Assembly: GCA_963718605.1 (NCBI GenBank)
Contig: OY970363.1
Coordinates: forward strand, 1,795,239-1,859,238
Source: an uncultured Actinomycetes bacterium
GTDB taxonomy: Bacteria > Actinomycetota > Acidimicrobiia > Acidimicrobiales > JACCXE01
Length of the DNA stretch: 64,000 nucleotides
Direction: 5' to 3'
The translations under genes and the position numbers were made by a program. Each line of letters starts with the position of its first letter. Within the stretch, counting starts at the first letter, position 1. The notes beneath the pieces were generated by a model that saw nothing but the letters and a program-made list of their open reading frames with translations, was not told where the DNA came from and searched no databases. Positions 49,589-58,764 of the stretch are shown in pieces.

Positions 49589-49813
49589 TTACGCGGTGGG
49601 AGGCGGCGGCGGGCCGAGGTAGCAAAAGTTATTGAGTCGGACGTTGCCCACGATGACGCCGTAACACGGCCCAGTCGTGTCGATCTCGACGGGCGAACAA
49701 TTGCGGACGCATTGCGGCGGTGGTGCCAACGCGTGGGCGGAGGCAAAGCGGCCACCGCCGACCAGCGCCGCGATCCCCAGGACCACAATGGCAACGCGAG
49801 TGCGGAGGTTCAT
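49589..49813 (-). CDS. hypothetical small secreted Cys-containing protein (74 aa)
   Basis: Signal peptide VAIVVLGIAALVGGGRFASAHA. The mature part of about 48 aa has 4 Cys and a poly-Pro tail. It is divergent from the M23 peptidase gene. Confidence 0.4.
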   Translation of the reverse strand: MNLRTRVAIVVLGIAALVGGGRFASAHALAPPPQCVRNCSPVEIDTTGPCYGVIVGNVRLNNFCYLGPPPPPTA

Positions 49814-49932
49814 GCCCGCAGTTTTGCATCATTTCGCCCAAAGCGGGCCGGATCGTTGCCGTCGAGATCCTGCGTTGGTTGACTTGGCGGTTCCCTGGCC
49901 GCGCCGTCTACATCGAGCGTCGCCAGACGCAT

Positions 49933-51267
49933 GTGCTGAACAAGCCCACCGTTTCCCGATTCCGCCGCCCGGCCCTGGCCGTGTGCGTGCTCGCCGGAGC
50001 CACGCTCGGGTTGCCTCTGCCTGCGCGCGCGGCGACGCCCGAGCGTCCCGCGTTCGCGTCGCCCTTCGGCTGCGGGCAGACGTGGTACGCCAGCACCTAT
50101 CGCGGCCATGAACCCAACGCCGTGGACTGGAATCTGGCTCCGGGATCTGAGGACTACGGGCAGCCAGTCCTGGCCAGCGCGCCTGGCACAGCGACGGTCC
50201 TGAAGGAGCGCGGATACGGAACGTATGTCGTGGTCGATCACGGCGCGGGATGGCAGTCGCTGTTCGCTCACCTGTCCTCGGTGAACGTGCGGTCGGGAGC
50301 GTCCGTGCGGGCCGACACGGTCGTGGGACGCGTCGGACGCTCAGGTCACGCGGACGGCAGCCATCTCCATCACGAGCAGCGTCTCAATGCGGTCACACAA
50401 CCGGTCATCGTCGACGGGACGTCGGTCAATGCGTCAACGGGAACACGCGGCGCGGCCTATCGAAGCCTCAACTGCGGCGTACAGCGTGCGACGGTCGAGT
50501 GGTTCGCCGATCCTGAGCGCACTCGACGTGTCGACGCGAACGACGTGCCACCCGCCGCGTTGCTGTTCGTGCGAATAACTGCGCCACCCGGGTTCACGCC
50601 CCGGGACCCCGAGATCGTTGCCGCAGGCGCCTCCGAATTCGCCGCGCCCGCGTGGACCAGTCCGACGACGCCGGCCTTCCGGCGCGCGGAACGAGGGGGC
50701 AGCTGGACGGCGGATTTTGTAGTGCGAAGCCCCAACCGCGAAGGCGCGATCAGTGAGGGGTTCTCGGTCGCATCAGACCTCGGCTTCACGCTCGCCGCGG
50801 TGCTGCGCCATCACCTCCGATGGGGCCCGGCGGAGGTGCGCTACACGTTGGACCGGCAAGGACACGTGGCCGCGCCGCAAAAACTTCTGCCGGGCCAAGT
50901 TGTGTGGGCGTGGATCACGGCCCGCAACACGAGCACCTTCGCGTGGGACTCGGCGGCGCCGGTCGACGTCACGACATCCGACGGCCGCCCGTCGATTTTC
51001 CGGCACACCGACTGGGACGAACCCAGCCGGCCGGGCGGACCTACGGGCGACGTTGGCGTCGGTGAGGAAGCCACGTTCGTGTTTCGAATTGTCGCTCCGG
51101 CGTCATCGGGCGACTACGCCGGCTCGTTCGCGCCGGTGAGTGTCGATCGGCGCGGGGAATCTCACCCGGCCGGCATGCGTGTCGTCGTGCGGGACGTGCC
51201 GTTCCAGCCGTACTCGCCGGCCCCCTTGTTCAAGGCCGGCACCAACACAAGCTCGTCGCTCTTCTAG
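49933..51267 (+). CDS. M23 family metallopeptidase with C-terminal Ig-like extension of about 300 aa
   Basis: HEPNAVDWNL (HxxxD) and GSHLHHEQR (HxH). Signal-like N-terminus RRPALAVCVLAGATLGLPLPARA. The start is uncertain. I chose GTG 49933 because the ORF-track start at 49720 overlaps the divergent gene. Confidence 0.75.
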   Translation: MLNKPTVSRFRRPALAVCVLAGATLGLPLPARAATPERPAFASPFGCGQTWYASTYRGHEPNAVDWNLAPGSEDYGQPVLASAPGTATVLKERGYGTYVVVDHGAGWQSLFAHLSSVNVRSGASVRADTVVGRVGRSGHADGSHLHHEQRLNAVTQPVIVDGTSVNASTGTRGAAYRSLNCGVQRATVEWFADPERTRRVDANDVPPAALLFVRITAPPGFTPRDPEIVAAGASEFAAPAWTSPTTPAFRRAERGGSWTADFVVRSPNREGAISEGFSVASDLGFTLAAVLRHHLRWGPAEVRYTLDRQGHVAAPQKLLPGQVVWAWITARNTSTFAWDSAAPVDVTTSDGRPSIFRHTDWDEPSRPGGPTGDVGVGEEATFVFRIVAPASSGDYAGSFAPVSVDRRGESHPAGMRVVVRDVPFQPYSPAPLFKAGTNTSSSLF

Positions 51268-51270
51268 CTC

Positions 51271-51347
51271 TGGTCGGGTGGGGGAGATTTGAACTCCCGA
51301 CCTCTGCGTCCCGAACGCAGCGCTCTGCCAAGCTGAGCCACCACCCG
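51271..51347 (-). tRNA. tRNA-Pro (anticodon CGG), CCA encoded
   Basis: The minus strand reads CGGGUGG-UG-GCUC-AGCUUGGC-AGAGC-G-CUGCG-UUCGGGA-CGCAG-AGGUC-GGGAG-UUCAAAU-CUCCC-CCACCCG-ACCA. All four stems are perfect. The anticodon loop is UU-CGG-GA. Confidence 0.92.
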
Positions 51348-51397
51348 TAAGGGCCGAAAGCGTAGCCGGAGTGACTGGCCCGCCTCACGGTCGAAAA

Positions 51398-51811
51398 CTA
51401 CGTAGCGACGACGGGTGACGGGGTGCGGGCCGTGTCCTCGTATTCACCGTCGGCGAGCAGGGCGGTCACGGCGCGCCGCAGCTTGAGCGGCGAGATCGGC
51501 TTGATCAGGAACCCTTCGGCGCCGGCCCGGCGCGCGAGGAACACGTCGGCGCGGCGGTCGAGCAAGAGCAGCACGGGGACGTGGCCGATGCGGCCACCGC
51601 TCTCTTCGAGGCGCAGGTCCATCGTCGCGGCGATGCCGCCCATCGAACCCATCTGCATGTCGATAATCGCCATGTGCACGTTGTGCTCGGTGACTGCGTT
51701 GCGGATCTCACGACCACCTTCGACCACGAGGATGTCGTACTCGCCACCCAGCGCGGCGATGACATCCGAGCGCACGTACTCGGCATCGGCGGCAACCAGG
51801 ATCATCGGCAC
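51398..51811 (-). CDS. stand-alone response-regulator receiver (CheY-like) protein
   Basis: 137 aa. ILVAADAE, phospho-acceptor context MAIIDMQMG and conserved Lys context FLIKP. No output domain. The start is GTG 51811 or ATG 51805. Confidence 0.85.
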   Translation of the reverse strand: MPMILVAADAEYVRSDVIAALGGEYDILVVEGGREIRNAVTEHNVHMAIIDMQMGSMGGIAATMDLRLEESGGRIGHVPVLLLLDRRADVFLARRAGAEGFLIKPISPLKLRRAVTALLADGEYEDTARTPSPVVAT

Positions 51812-51828
51812 GGCGTGGATCGTATGCG

Positions 51829-52884
51829 CTACAGGTGGGCGCGGACGAGGTCGAGGCCGCCGAGGTCGTGCACGTCGTCCAGCAGCATCGGCACGTACGC
51901 GATCGCAGCGTCGCCGGCGGCGGCGCGCAGGTCGGCGAGTTGGTGGTGCTCGCTCGCGGCCAGAGCCTCGAACGAGTCGCGATTGGCGGCCAGGTCGCGC
52001 AGCGCCGACGAGGCGTTCGCGGGGAGAACGATCTCGCCCTCGCCGTAGGTCGGTTGCATGCGGTTAACGATCACGCCGTCGACGCCGAGCCCGGCCTCGA
52101 CCAGCTTGTCGGCGAAGAAGACGGCCTCGGCGGTGGCGTCACGCCGGGGTGACGCGACAACCACGAACGCGGTGGCGTCGTCGGCGAGCAGCGCGGTGAC
52201 AGCCTGGGCGCGCTCGCGGAAGCCTTGCTCCATTCCTTCGAACGCTTCGAAGAAAGCGACCGCGTCGTCGACCACTTCCGCGCCCACGACGCGCGCGATG
52301 GTGCGCAGCACGCGTTGGGTGGCCGCGCTCACCGCGCGCAGATACGAGGACGTCGGCATGATCAGCAATCGGAAGATGCGGTTGTCGAGCAGTTTCGTGA
52401 GCCGACGCGGCGCGTCGAGAAAGTCGAGCGCGTTGCGCGTCGGTGGGGTGTCGATCACGATCAAGTCGAACCGCTCGGTGGAGTGCAGCTCGTGCAGTTT
52501 TTCCATCGCCATGTACTCCTGCGTGCCTGACAGCGCACCGGACACGTTGCGGTACAGCCGATTGCTGATGATGCGTTCGGCCTGCGCGGGATCCGACGCG
52601 TACTTCGTGACGAGCGCGTCGAAGGTGGTCTTCGTGTCGAGCATCAGCGCCCACAGCTCGCCCGTCCACGGCCCGTCCACCTGGCGCGGCTCGTTCGTCA
52701 GTTCACCGAGGCCGAGCGCATCGGCGAGCCGCCGCGCCGGGTCGATCGTGACCACGCAGGCGCGCCGGCCGAGTGTCGCGGCCTCGACGGCGAGAGCAGC
52801 CGCGCTCGTGGTTTTGCCGACGCCGCCCGAGCCGCAACACACGACCACGTTTCGTTGCGCGGCGAGTTCCTTGATGTCGCTCAT
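51829..52884 (-). CDS. ArsA/Get3-like P-loop ATPase (second of pair)
   Basis: ATG 52884 overlaps the upstream stop by 4 nt. Deviant Walker A CCGSGGVGKTT. Walker B-like motif LIVIDTPP. Confidence 0.85.
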   Translation of the reverse strand: MSDIKELAAQRNVVVCCGSGGVGKTTSAAALAVEAATLGRRACVVTIDPARRLADALGLGELTNEPRQVDGPWTGELWALMLDTKTTFDALVTKYASDPAQAERIISNRLYRNVSGALSGTQEYMAMEKLHELHSTERFDLIVIDTPPTRNALDFLDAPRRLTKLLDNRIFRLLIMPTSSYLRAVSAATQRVLRTIARVVGAEVVDDAVAFFEAFEGMEQGFRERAQAVTALLADDATAFVVVASPRRDATAEAVFFADKLVEAGLGVDGVIVNRMQPTYGEGEIVLPANASSALRDLAANRDSFEALAASEHHQLADLRAAAGDAAIAYVPMLLDDVHDLGGLDLVRAHL

Positions 52885-53813
52885 ACCGCCACCGTCGGAA
52901 GTTCGGCCACGCGTTGTTCCATCGCGGCGGCGAGTTCGTGAATCTCGGCCGGGCCGATGGCGGACGTGAAGAGTTGCGGCAGCACGATCTGGGGCAGGGG
53001 CAACTCCGCTTTGAGACGGGCGACCTGTGCGGCCTGTAGCTCCTGTCGGTGGAGACGGAAGTCGCCCGCGGCGCGCAACGCGTCGGCGTCGCGCGGATCG
53101 AGGCCGGCGTCGTCCAGGGCGGCGAGATCGAGGTCGAGCCGCGGGTAGGCGCCGTTGACGACGAGCGGACCAAGCTTGATGCCCACCCGGTCCTCCAGCG
53201 CGAACGCGGTCTCCACTGCTTCGTTGACCGGTGTTTCTTCCGGCAGCGTTACGAGCACGACCTGGCAGCGCGCGGCGTCGCTCAACATCTCGTCGACGTC
53301 CCGAGCTTGTTCCACGATCGGCCCGACCCGCACCGCATCGAGCAACCCGCGCGCGGAAGCCAGGAACGTGATCGCGTGGCCCGCCGCGGGCGCGTCCACC
53401 ACGATCAGATCGGCGGGGTCCTCTCGGGCGAGTGCCTTGACCTTGCCGAGCACGAGGATGTCCTTGATGCCGGGGATCGCCGAGGACACCACTTCGAGTG
53501 CCCCGGACTTGGCCAAACGCTTGGACACCCGCTTGAGCCCGTGGTCTTCCAGGTATTCGACCAACGCGAAGTCGGGTGTGACGGTGCGGGCTCGCAGGTT
53601 CGGCGCCAACTCGCGTTCGGCATAGTCGAGCGCCTCGGATTGGCCGAAGGCGGCGCCCAAACCACTCTTGCCCTCGATCTCGACCACGAGCGCGCGCAAA
53701 CCGGCCGTGGCCGCCATCTGCGCGATGGTGGCGGCGACCGTCGTTTTGCCGACGCCGCCTTTCCCGGCGACGATGAGCACTCGGGCCTGGGTGCAGAACC
53801 CGGCAGTGTCCAT
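52881..53813 (-). CDS. ArsA/Get3-like P-loop ATPase (first of pair)
   Basis: Walker A is AGKGGVGKTT. It also has LIVVDAPAAGH. 310 aa. Confidence 0.85.
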   Translation of the reverse strand: MDTAGFCTQARVLIVAGKGGVGKTTVAATIAQMAATAGLRALVVEIEGKSGLGAAFGQSEALDYAERELAPNLRARTVTPDFALVEYLEDHGLKRVSKRLAKSGALEVVSSAIPGIKDILVLGKVKALAREDPADLIVVDAPAAGHAITFLASARGLLDAVRVGPIVEQARDVDEMLSDAARCQVVLVTLPEETPVNEAVETAFALEDRVGIKLGPLVVNGAYPRLDLDLAALDDAGLDPRDADALRAAGDFRLHRQELQAAQVARLKAELPLPQIVLPQLFTSAIGPAEIHELAAAMEQRVAELPTVAV

Positions 53814-53845
53814 CTAGTGAGACCCTTCCAAACCAAGGAGAACGC

Positions 53846-55072
53846 ATGCGCAAGCTAGCCGCCGGCTTTGCCTGCTTCTGTGTACTCCTGCTCGTACCCG
53901 GCGCGGCCGGCGCGGAGTCGACGCGGCCGGTCGTGAACGTCATTCAGATCGGAGGGCTGCTCGACCGCGTGCAGGCCGACTTCTGGATGACGGCGATCGA
54001 AGACGCCGACGCCGCCAACGCCAACGCTCTCGTTGTGCAGCTCGACTCGGACCGCTCCGTGCTCCCGCGCAAGCCCTTCAACGACTTGCGCCTCGCGATC
54101 AAGCGGGCGGCGACACCCATTGCGGTGTGGATCGGGCCCGGACGCGCCGCGTCCGCGGGCGCCGACCTTTTTCCTTTGCTGCGCGCCGCTGACACTGTCG
54201 GCGTAACTCCAGGCGCCGACCTTGAGAAAATCCCGACCAGCGAGGCGTCGTGGAACGACATCAAGAACTATCCGAACGTGGCGTTTCGCTCGCCGACGCT
54301 CGGCGACTTCTTGATTGACATCGACAACCACCCCGACTTCGTTGTCCCGTCCAAAGTCGTGGACGCGAAAGCGAAAACGACGCATCGCGAACTTCAGGTG
54401 GACGTGCGCTTCGCCAAACCGTCGCTCACCGCGCGGACCATTCACGGCGTCACCAGCCCCGGCCCCGCCTACGGGCTCCTCGTGGCCGGTTTGTTGCTCG
54501 CGGTGCTCGAGTTCGCAACCGCTGGCATCGGACTCGCGGCGGGGACCGCCGCCATCTTGTTGGTGCTGGCCGCGCTTGGGCTCGGTGGGCTCCCGACCAA
54601 CCCGGTCGGCGTGACGGCGATCCTGTTCGCCGTGTTCAGCTTCGGCATTGACCTGCAGGCTGGCGCGCCCCGATTCTGGACGGCGGTGGGCACCGGCTCG
54701 ATGGTGTTCGGCACGTTCACGCTCTTCCACGCCGGCATGCACGTCCCGCTCATCTGGATCGTCGCCGTCTTCGGGCTCACCGCGGCATTCGTACTCACCG
54801 GTTTGCCCTCACTGATACGCGCCCGCTTCTCGAGCCCGACCATCGGTCGTGAGGGCTTCATCGGTGAAGTCGGCGCCGCAGTGGGCGAGTTGCACCCTGA
54901 GGGACTGGTGGCCATTCGCGGTGCGACGTGGCGTGCTCGCACCAACCGGGCGACGCCGGTTGAGGACGGTGCGGCCATCCGCGTAATCGGCATCGACGGC
55001 CTCGTTTTGGACGTCGAACCCGAGTCGGGCGGGGCGAAAGACTATAGGGAGCGCTCAAAACCAACGACATGA
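53846..55072 (+). CDS. NfeD-family membrane protein (ClpP-like N-domain, TM core, C-terminal OB fold)
   Basis: aaggag RBS. Signal peptide. A ClpP-class-like N-terminal domain (ALVVQLDS). About four or five TM helices. The C-terminus GEVGAAVGELHPEGLVAIRGATWRART...IRVIGIDGLVLDVEP is typical of the NfeD OB domain. Confidence 0.78.
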   Translation: MRKLAAGFACFCVLLLVPGAAGAESTRPVVNVIQIGGLLDRVQADFWMTAIEDADAANANALVVQLDSDRSVLPRKPFNDLRLAIKRAATPIAVWIGPGRAASAGADLFPLLRAADTVGVTPGADLEKIPTSEASWNDIKNYPNVAFRSPTLGDFLIDIDNHPDFVVPSKVVDAKAKTTHRELQVDVRFAKPSLTARTIHGVTSPGPAYGLLVAGLLLAVLEFATAGIGLAAGTAAILLVLAALGLGGLPTNPVGVTAILFAVFSFGIDLQAGAPRFWTAVGTGSMVFGTFTLFHAGMHVPLIWIVAVFGLTAAFVLTGLPSLIRARFSSPTIGREGFIGEVGAAVGELHPEGLVAIRGATWRARTNRATPVEDGAAIRVIGIDGLVLDVEPESGGAKDYRERSKPTT

Positions 55073-55139
55073 TCCCTTGTAACGACGGTATCTGAGACCT
55101 ACTTTCACTGCGTTACCGGTACAGGGGGTTCCAAAACCG

Positions 55140-55397
55140 ATGAGCACCGCCACAAGAATCGACGAGACTTGGCAAGAGAAGGCTGCTTGCCGTGGGCCGC
55201 ACGCCACCGTCTTCTTCCCGCCGGACACCTTCGAGCGCAAAGAGCAGAAGGAACACCGTGAGATGCGCGCCAAGGCGATCTGCGCGCAGTGCTCGGTCAA
55301 AGAGCCGTGCCTCGAGATGGCAGTTCGCATCCGTGAGCAGCACGGCATTTGGGGTGGGCTCAACGAGCTCGAGCGCAAGGCCGTCGGCGGTCTCTAA
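55140..55397 (+). CDS. whiB: WhiB family [4Fe-4S] transcriptional regulator
   Basis: 85 aa. Cys ligands are AACRG...CAQCSVKEPC. The GIWGG turn is followed by a basic tail. Confidence 0.92.
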   Translation: MSTATRIDETWQEKAACRGPHATVFFPPDTFERKEQKEHREMRAKAICAQCSVKEPCLEMAVRIREQHGIWGGLNELERKAVGGL

Positions 55398-55467
55398 CGC
55401 CTGAGCACCACCCGGCCGCAACGGCCGACACGGCGTTGCGCCGTAGCTCTGCGAAGCTGACCCGCTG

Positions 55468-57672
55468 ATGCACCGGGTCATACGTCTCGTCAAGGTTGTC
55501 GTACTCGCGGTGTTCACCGTGCCTGTCGCCGCGCTGGGCACCTTCGTGGCATCGATGATCTTCCTGCCGCTTCCGGTGAACCTGCCGCGCGAGCTCGCGC
55601 GCGCGACGAGCGGGATCAGCCACGTCTTCGACATCGACGGCAACGAGATCGCCATCTTCCGCCAGTTCGACCAGAACATTCCGGTCAAGCCGGCGGACAT
55701 ACCGATCTCCCTGAAGCAGGCGGTCATCTCCTCGGAAGACCGCGGCTTCTACAAGCACTCCGGCGTCGATCTGCGAGGCAGCTTCCGCGCGCTGTGGGCC
55801 GACCTCCGTGGCGGTCGCGTCGTGCAAGGCGGTTCGACAATCACGCAGCAGTACGTGAAGAACGTCTACACGGGCAACGATCGCACCCTTACCCGCAAGG
55901 TGAAGGAGGCGATCCTCGCGAACCGCGTGGACCGCAAGCTGTCCAAGGACGAGATCCTGTTCCGCTACCTGAACACGATCTACCTGGGCGAGGGCGCCTA
56001 TGGCGTGGGTGCTGCGTCCGAGACCTACTTCCGCAAGTCCGTGAAGGACCTGACGCTCTCCGAGTCCGCGCTGCTGGCCGCCGTCATCCCGGCGCCGAGC
56101 TTGTACCAACCCCGCGGCAACCCCGAAGGTGCGAATACGCGCCGGGTGTCGATCCTGAAGCAGATGCTCGAGCAGGGCTACATCAACCAACAGCAACACG
56201 ACGAAGCGGTGGCGCAAACCGTCTGGCCCGCCGTGCGCGGCAAGCCACCGGGCCCGGTCACGCTCGTGCAGCCGCCGGTCAAGGAGTTCCGCAGGTATCC
56301 GTACTTCGTCGACTACGTCGAGAAGTACCTGCGCGCCCGTGGTTTTGACGTTGACCGCGCCGGCCTGCGCATCCAGACCAGCCTGGATCCTGCGGCGCAA
56401 AAGGACGCCGAGGACGCGGTGAACGACGCCCTGAGCGGCACGTCGGCGCCGCTCGAGATGGCGATTGCCTCGGTCGAACCGCCCACCGGGTTCGTGAAGG
56501 CCATGGTCGGGGGTCGTGACTTTTACAAAGGCCCGTCAGCCAACGTGAACCTCGCGCTTGGCGGTTGCCCGAAGATCCCGCCGCCACCCGCACAAATTGT
56601 CGTGCGCGCCGCCTGTTGGGACGACCCGACCGCGGTGACCAGCGGCGGTGGGCCTGGGCGGCAAACCGGTTCCTCGTGGAAGCCCTTCACCTTGACGGCC
56701 GCCCTCGAGCAGGGCGTGTCGCCGAACAAGGTGTTCCCCGCGCCCAGCACGTACCGCATCCCGAACTGCAAGGTCACAGCGACGTCCAAATGCACGATCT
56801 CCAACAACGAGGGTCACGGCGGTGGCTCCCAAACGTTGCGTGCGGCTACCGCGGCGTCGACGAACACGGTCTTCGCGGCGCTCGAGGCCGACATCGGTAT
56901 CGAGAAAGGCATCGAAATCGCCAAGAAGCTCGGCGTCGGTAGCGCGTTCTACAGCCCCACGATTCACGGTGTGGCCGGCGTGACGCTGGGTGTCGAGGAC
57001 ACCGCGCCGCTCGAAATGGCCGCGGCCTATTCGGTACTCGCGAACAAGGGTGAACGCCAACCGGCGACTCCGATCGTCAAAGTCACCGACAGCGCCGGCA
57101 GGGTGCTCATCGACAACACGAAGCGGACGCCCGAGCGCGTGCTCGATACCGCCGTGGCGACCAACGCCACCGACATCATGCGGGGCGTGATCACTGGCGG
57201 TACGGGTACCGCGGCCGACATCGGACGGCCCGCGGCGGGCAAGACCGGCTCGACCAACGACAACGCCGACGCCTGGTTCGTCGGTTTCACGCCGACGCTC
57301 GCTACCGCGGTGTGGATGGGCAACACCACCGGGCGGGTGCCACTGCTGCGCATCAAAGGCGTGGCTCGCGTCTACGGCGGCACCATCCCGGCGCGTACCT
57401 GGAAGGCCTACATGTCCAAGGCCCTCGAGGGTGTTCCGGTGACCGACTTCGACGAACCGGCGCCGATCACGTCCATCACCGACCGTCTGCGCAGCAACGC
57501 CCGCAAGGGATTCGACCCGGGCAACCGCCGCGAACTGAAAGACGTCACGACAGGCCAAAAGTTCGAGTTCGACGTCCCACCCCCAGTCGCCGAAGCCCCC
57601 ACAACCACCTCGACGTCGACCACGTCAACAACAGAACCTCCCCCCAATAACGGCGGGATCCACTTCCCGTAG
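55468..57672 (+). CDS. ponA: class A penicillin-binding protein (transglycosylase + transpeptidase)
   Basis: N-terminal TM. GT51 motifs EDRGFYKHSGVD, GGSTITQQ, RKVKEA. Transpeptidase motifs SSWKPF (SxxK), SNN, KTGST. Pro/Thr-rich tail. Confidence 0.92.
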   Translation: MHRVIRLVKVVVLAVFTVPVAALGTFVASMIFLPLPVNLPRELARATSGISHVFDIDGNEIAIFRQFDQNIPVKPADIPISLKQAVISSEDRGFYKHSGVDLRGSFRALWADLRGGRVVQGGSTITQQYVKNVYTGNDRTLTRKVKEAILANRVDRKLSKDEILFRYLNTIYLGEGAYGVGAASETYFRKSVKDLTLSESALLAAVIPAPSLYQPRGNPEGANTRRVSILKQMLEQGYINQQQHDEAVAQTVWPAVRGKPPGPVTLVQPPVKEFRRYPYFVDYVEKYLRARGFDVDRAGLRIQTSLDPAAQKDAEDAVNDALSGTSAPLEMAIASVEPPTGFVKAMVGGRDFYKGPSANVNLALGGCPKIPPPPAQIVVRAACWDDPTAVTSGGGPGRQTGSSWKPFTLTAALEQGVSPNKVFPAPSTYRIPNCKVTATSKCTISNNEGHGGGSQTLRAATAASTNTVFAALEADIGIEKGIEIAKKLGVGSAFYSPTIHGVAGVTLGVEDTAPLEMAAAYSVLANKGERQPATPIVKVTDSAGRVLIDNTKRTPERVLDTAVATNATDIMRGVITGGTGTAADIGRPAAGKTGSTNDNADAWFVGFTPTLATAVWMGNTTGRVPLLRIKGVARVYGGTIPARTWKAYMSKALEGVPVTDFDEPAPITSITDRLRSNARKGFDPGNRRELKDVTTGQKFEFDVPPPVAEAPTTTSTSTTSTTEPPPNNGGIHFP

Positions 57673-57810
57673 GGCCATCGGCGCCGAACCGGACCGGCTG
57701 GAGTTACGGCTACGGGCAGCCGGAGGATCCGACTTGCTCGGTCCGTAGGCCATAAGCCGCGCCGCCGAAGGCGGCGTCCGTCTTGTTCGCCCGAGCGTTA
57801 GCGAGGGCGA

Positions 57811-58740
57811 TTAACGCTTGTCCCCAGCGGCGTTGGGGGTGTCGCCGGGGCACTTGAGGACTTTGTCGCAGGCGGCGCGGATCGGGGGTGCCCACCAGAC
57901 GCCGTCGCTGTTGAACCCAAGCGGGGCGAAGCTGCGCGAGGAGATGCCGACGACCTTGCCGTCGGAGTTCACGAGTGGGCCGCCTTGGAACGCTTGGCCG
58001 ATCGAGGCGTCGTGTTGGATGCCGGGGCTCGAGACGTCGGCCACGAAACCTTGCGTGGCCGCGCCCCCTTGCGCGCCGAGAGCTGACAGCGCGAAGACGC
58101 GTTCGCCGGTTTTCACCGACGACTTGGGCGCGAAGGACAAGGTCGGGACCTTGCCCTTTTGCACGATGAGTAGGGCGATGTCCTTGCTCTCATCCCAGGT
58201 CCACAGCGTGGACTTGATGACGCTGTCGCGTTGGCGAACTTCGACCGACGGCCCCGGTCGCACGGTGGCGGCGCGCACCGTGGCGTAGCTGGTGAGCACG
58301 AACGTCTGATCGTTGTCGGACGCAACCGCGAAACCCGTACCGACCGTGGGAGCGCCCGAGTCATCCAAGGAGCGAACGAAGAACAACGAGTCTGCGGACT
58401 CCTTGACCAACGCGTCGAGCGTCTCGCCTTCAGCGCGGATCTTCTTGAGCGGCTCGATTTCCTTTTGGATCTCGGCCTTGGCCTTGTCACTCTCCGACTC
58501 GATTGTCTTGGTCGCGGTGTCGAAGCGCTTTTGGAAGTTGCGTACGAACGCGTTCGCGCGTTTTTCGGCTTCGGTCTTGCGGTAGTCGTAATAGCTGTAG
58601 AGCACGGCGCCCGTCAGTGACGCGCCGATCGAGAACGCCAGCAGCACCGCGACGATGCCCTTCACGCTGCGCGGCACGAACCGAGCAACCGATTCGATTG
58701 CAGCGTGAACGTTGCTCGTCCCGCCGTCGCCTTGAGCCAT
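57811..58740 (-). CDS. membrane-anchored trypsin-fold (S1C/HtrA-like) protein lacking the catalytic His and Ser
   Basis: An N-terminal TM and a coiled coil. The protease fold is then visible: GTGFAV...VLTSYATV...DIALLIV...IQHDASIGQAFQGGPLVNSDGKVVGIS. Only the Asp of the triad is recognisable. Confidence 0.72.
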   Translation of the reverse strand: MAQGDGGTSNVHAAIESVARFVPRSVKGIVAVLLAFSIGASLTGAVLYSYYDYRKTEAEKRANAFVRNFQKRFDTATKTIESESDKAKAEIQKEIEPLKKIRAEGETLDALVKESADSLFFVRSLDDSGAPTVGTGFAVASDNDQTFVLTSYATVRAATVRPGPSVEVRQRDSVIKSTLWTWDESKDIALLIVQKGKVPTLSFAPKSSVKTGERVFALSALGAQGGAATQGFVADVSSPGIQHDASIGQAFQGGPLVNSDGKVVGISSRSFAPLGFNSDGVWWAPPIRAACDKVLKCPGDTPNAAGDKR

Positions 58741-58764
58741 GCCCGCAAGTTAGCGTCGAACCTA

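Noticed and set aside
51271-51400. tRNA-Pro as a possible integration site for a genomic island
   Set aside because: No integrase, no repeat of the tRNA 3' end, and no compositional break on either side. The flanking genes are ordinary envelope and housekeeping genes.
51829-53943. 704-aa ORF read as a single gene
   Set aside because: Its N-terminal half is an out-of-frame, Arg/Gly/Pro-rich overlap of the first ArsA-like gene (52881..53813). The real gene starts at ATG 52884 (MSDIKEL...GSGGVGKTT) and overlaps the upstream stop by 4 nt.
57756-57790. Short hairpin (cgccgcc-gaa-ggcggcg) after ponA as an intrinsic terminator
   Set aside because: It has only a 7-bp stem with a 3-nt loop and an interrupted T-run (tccgtcttgtt). 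That is too weak to call with confidence.
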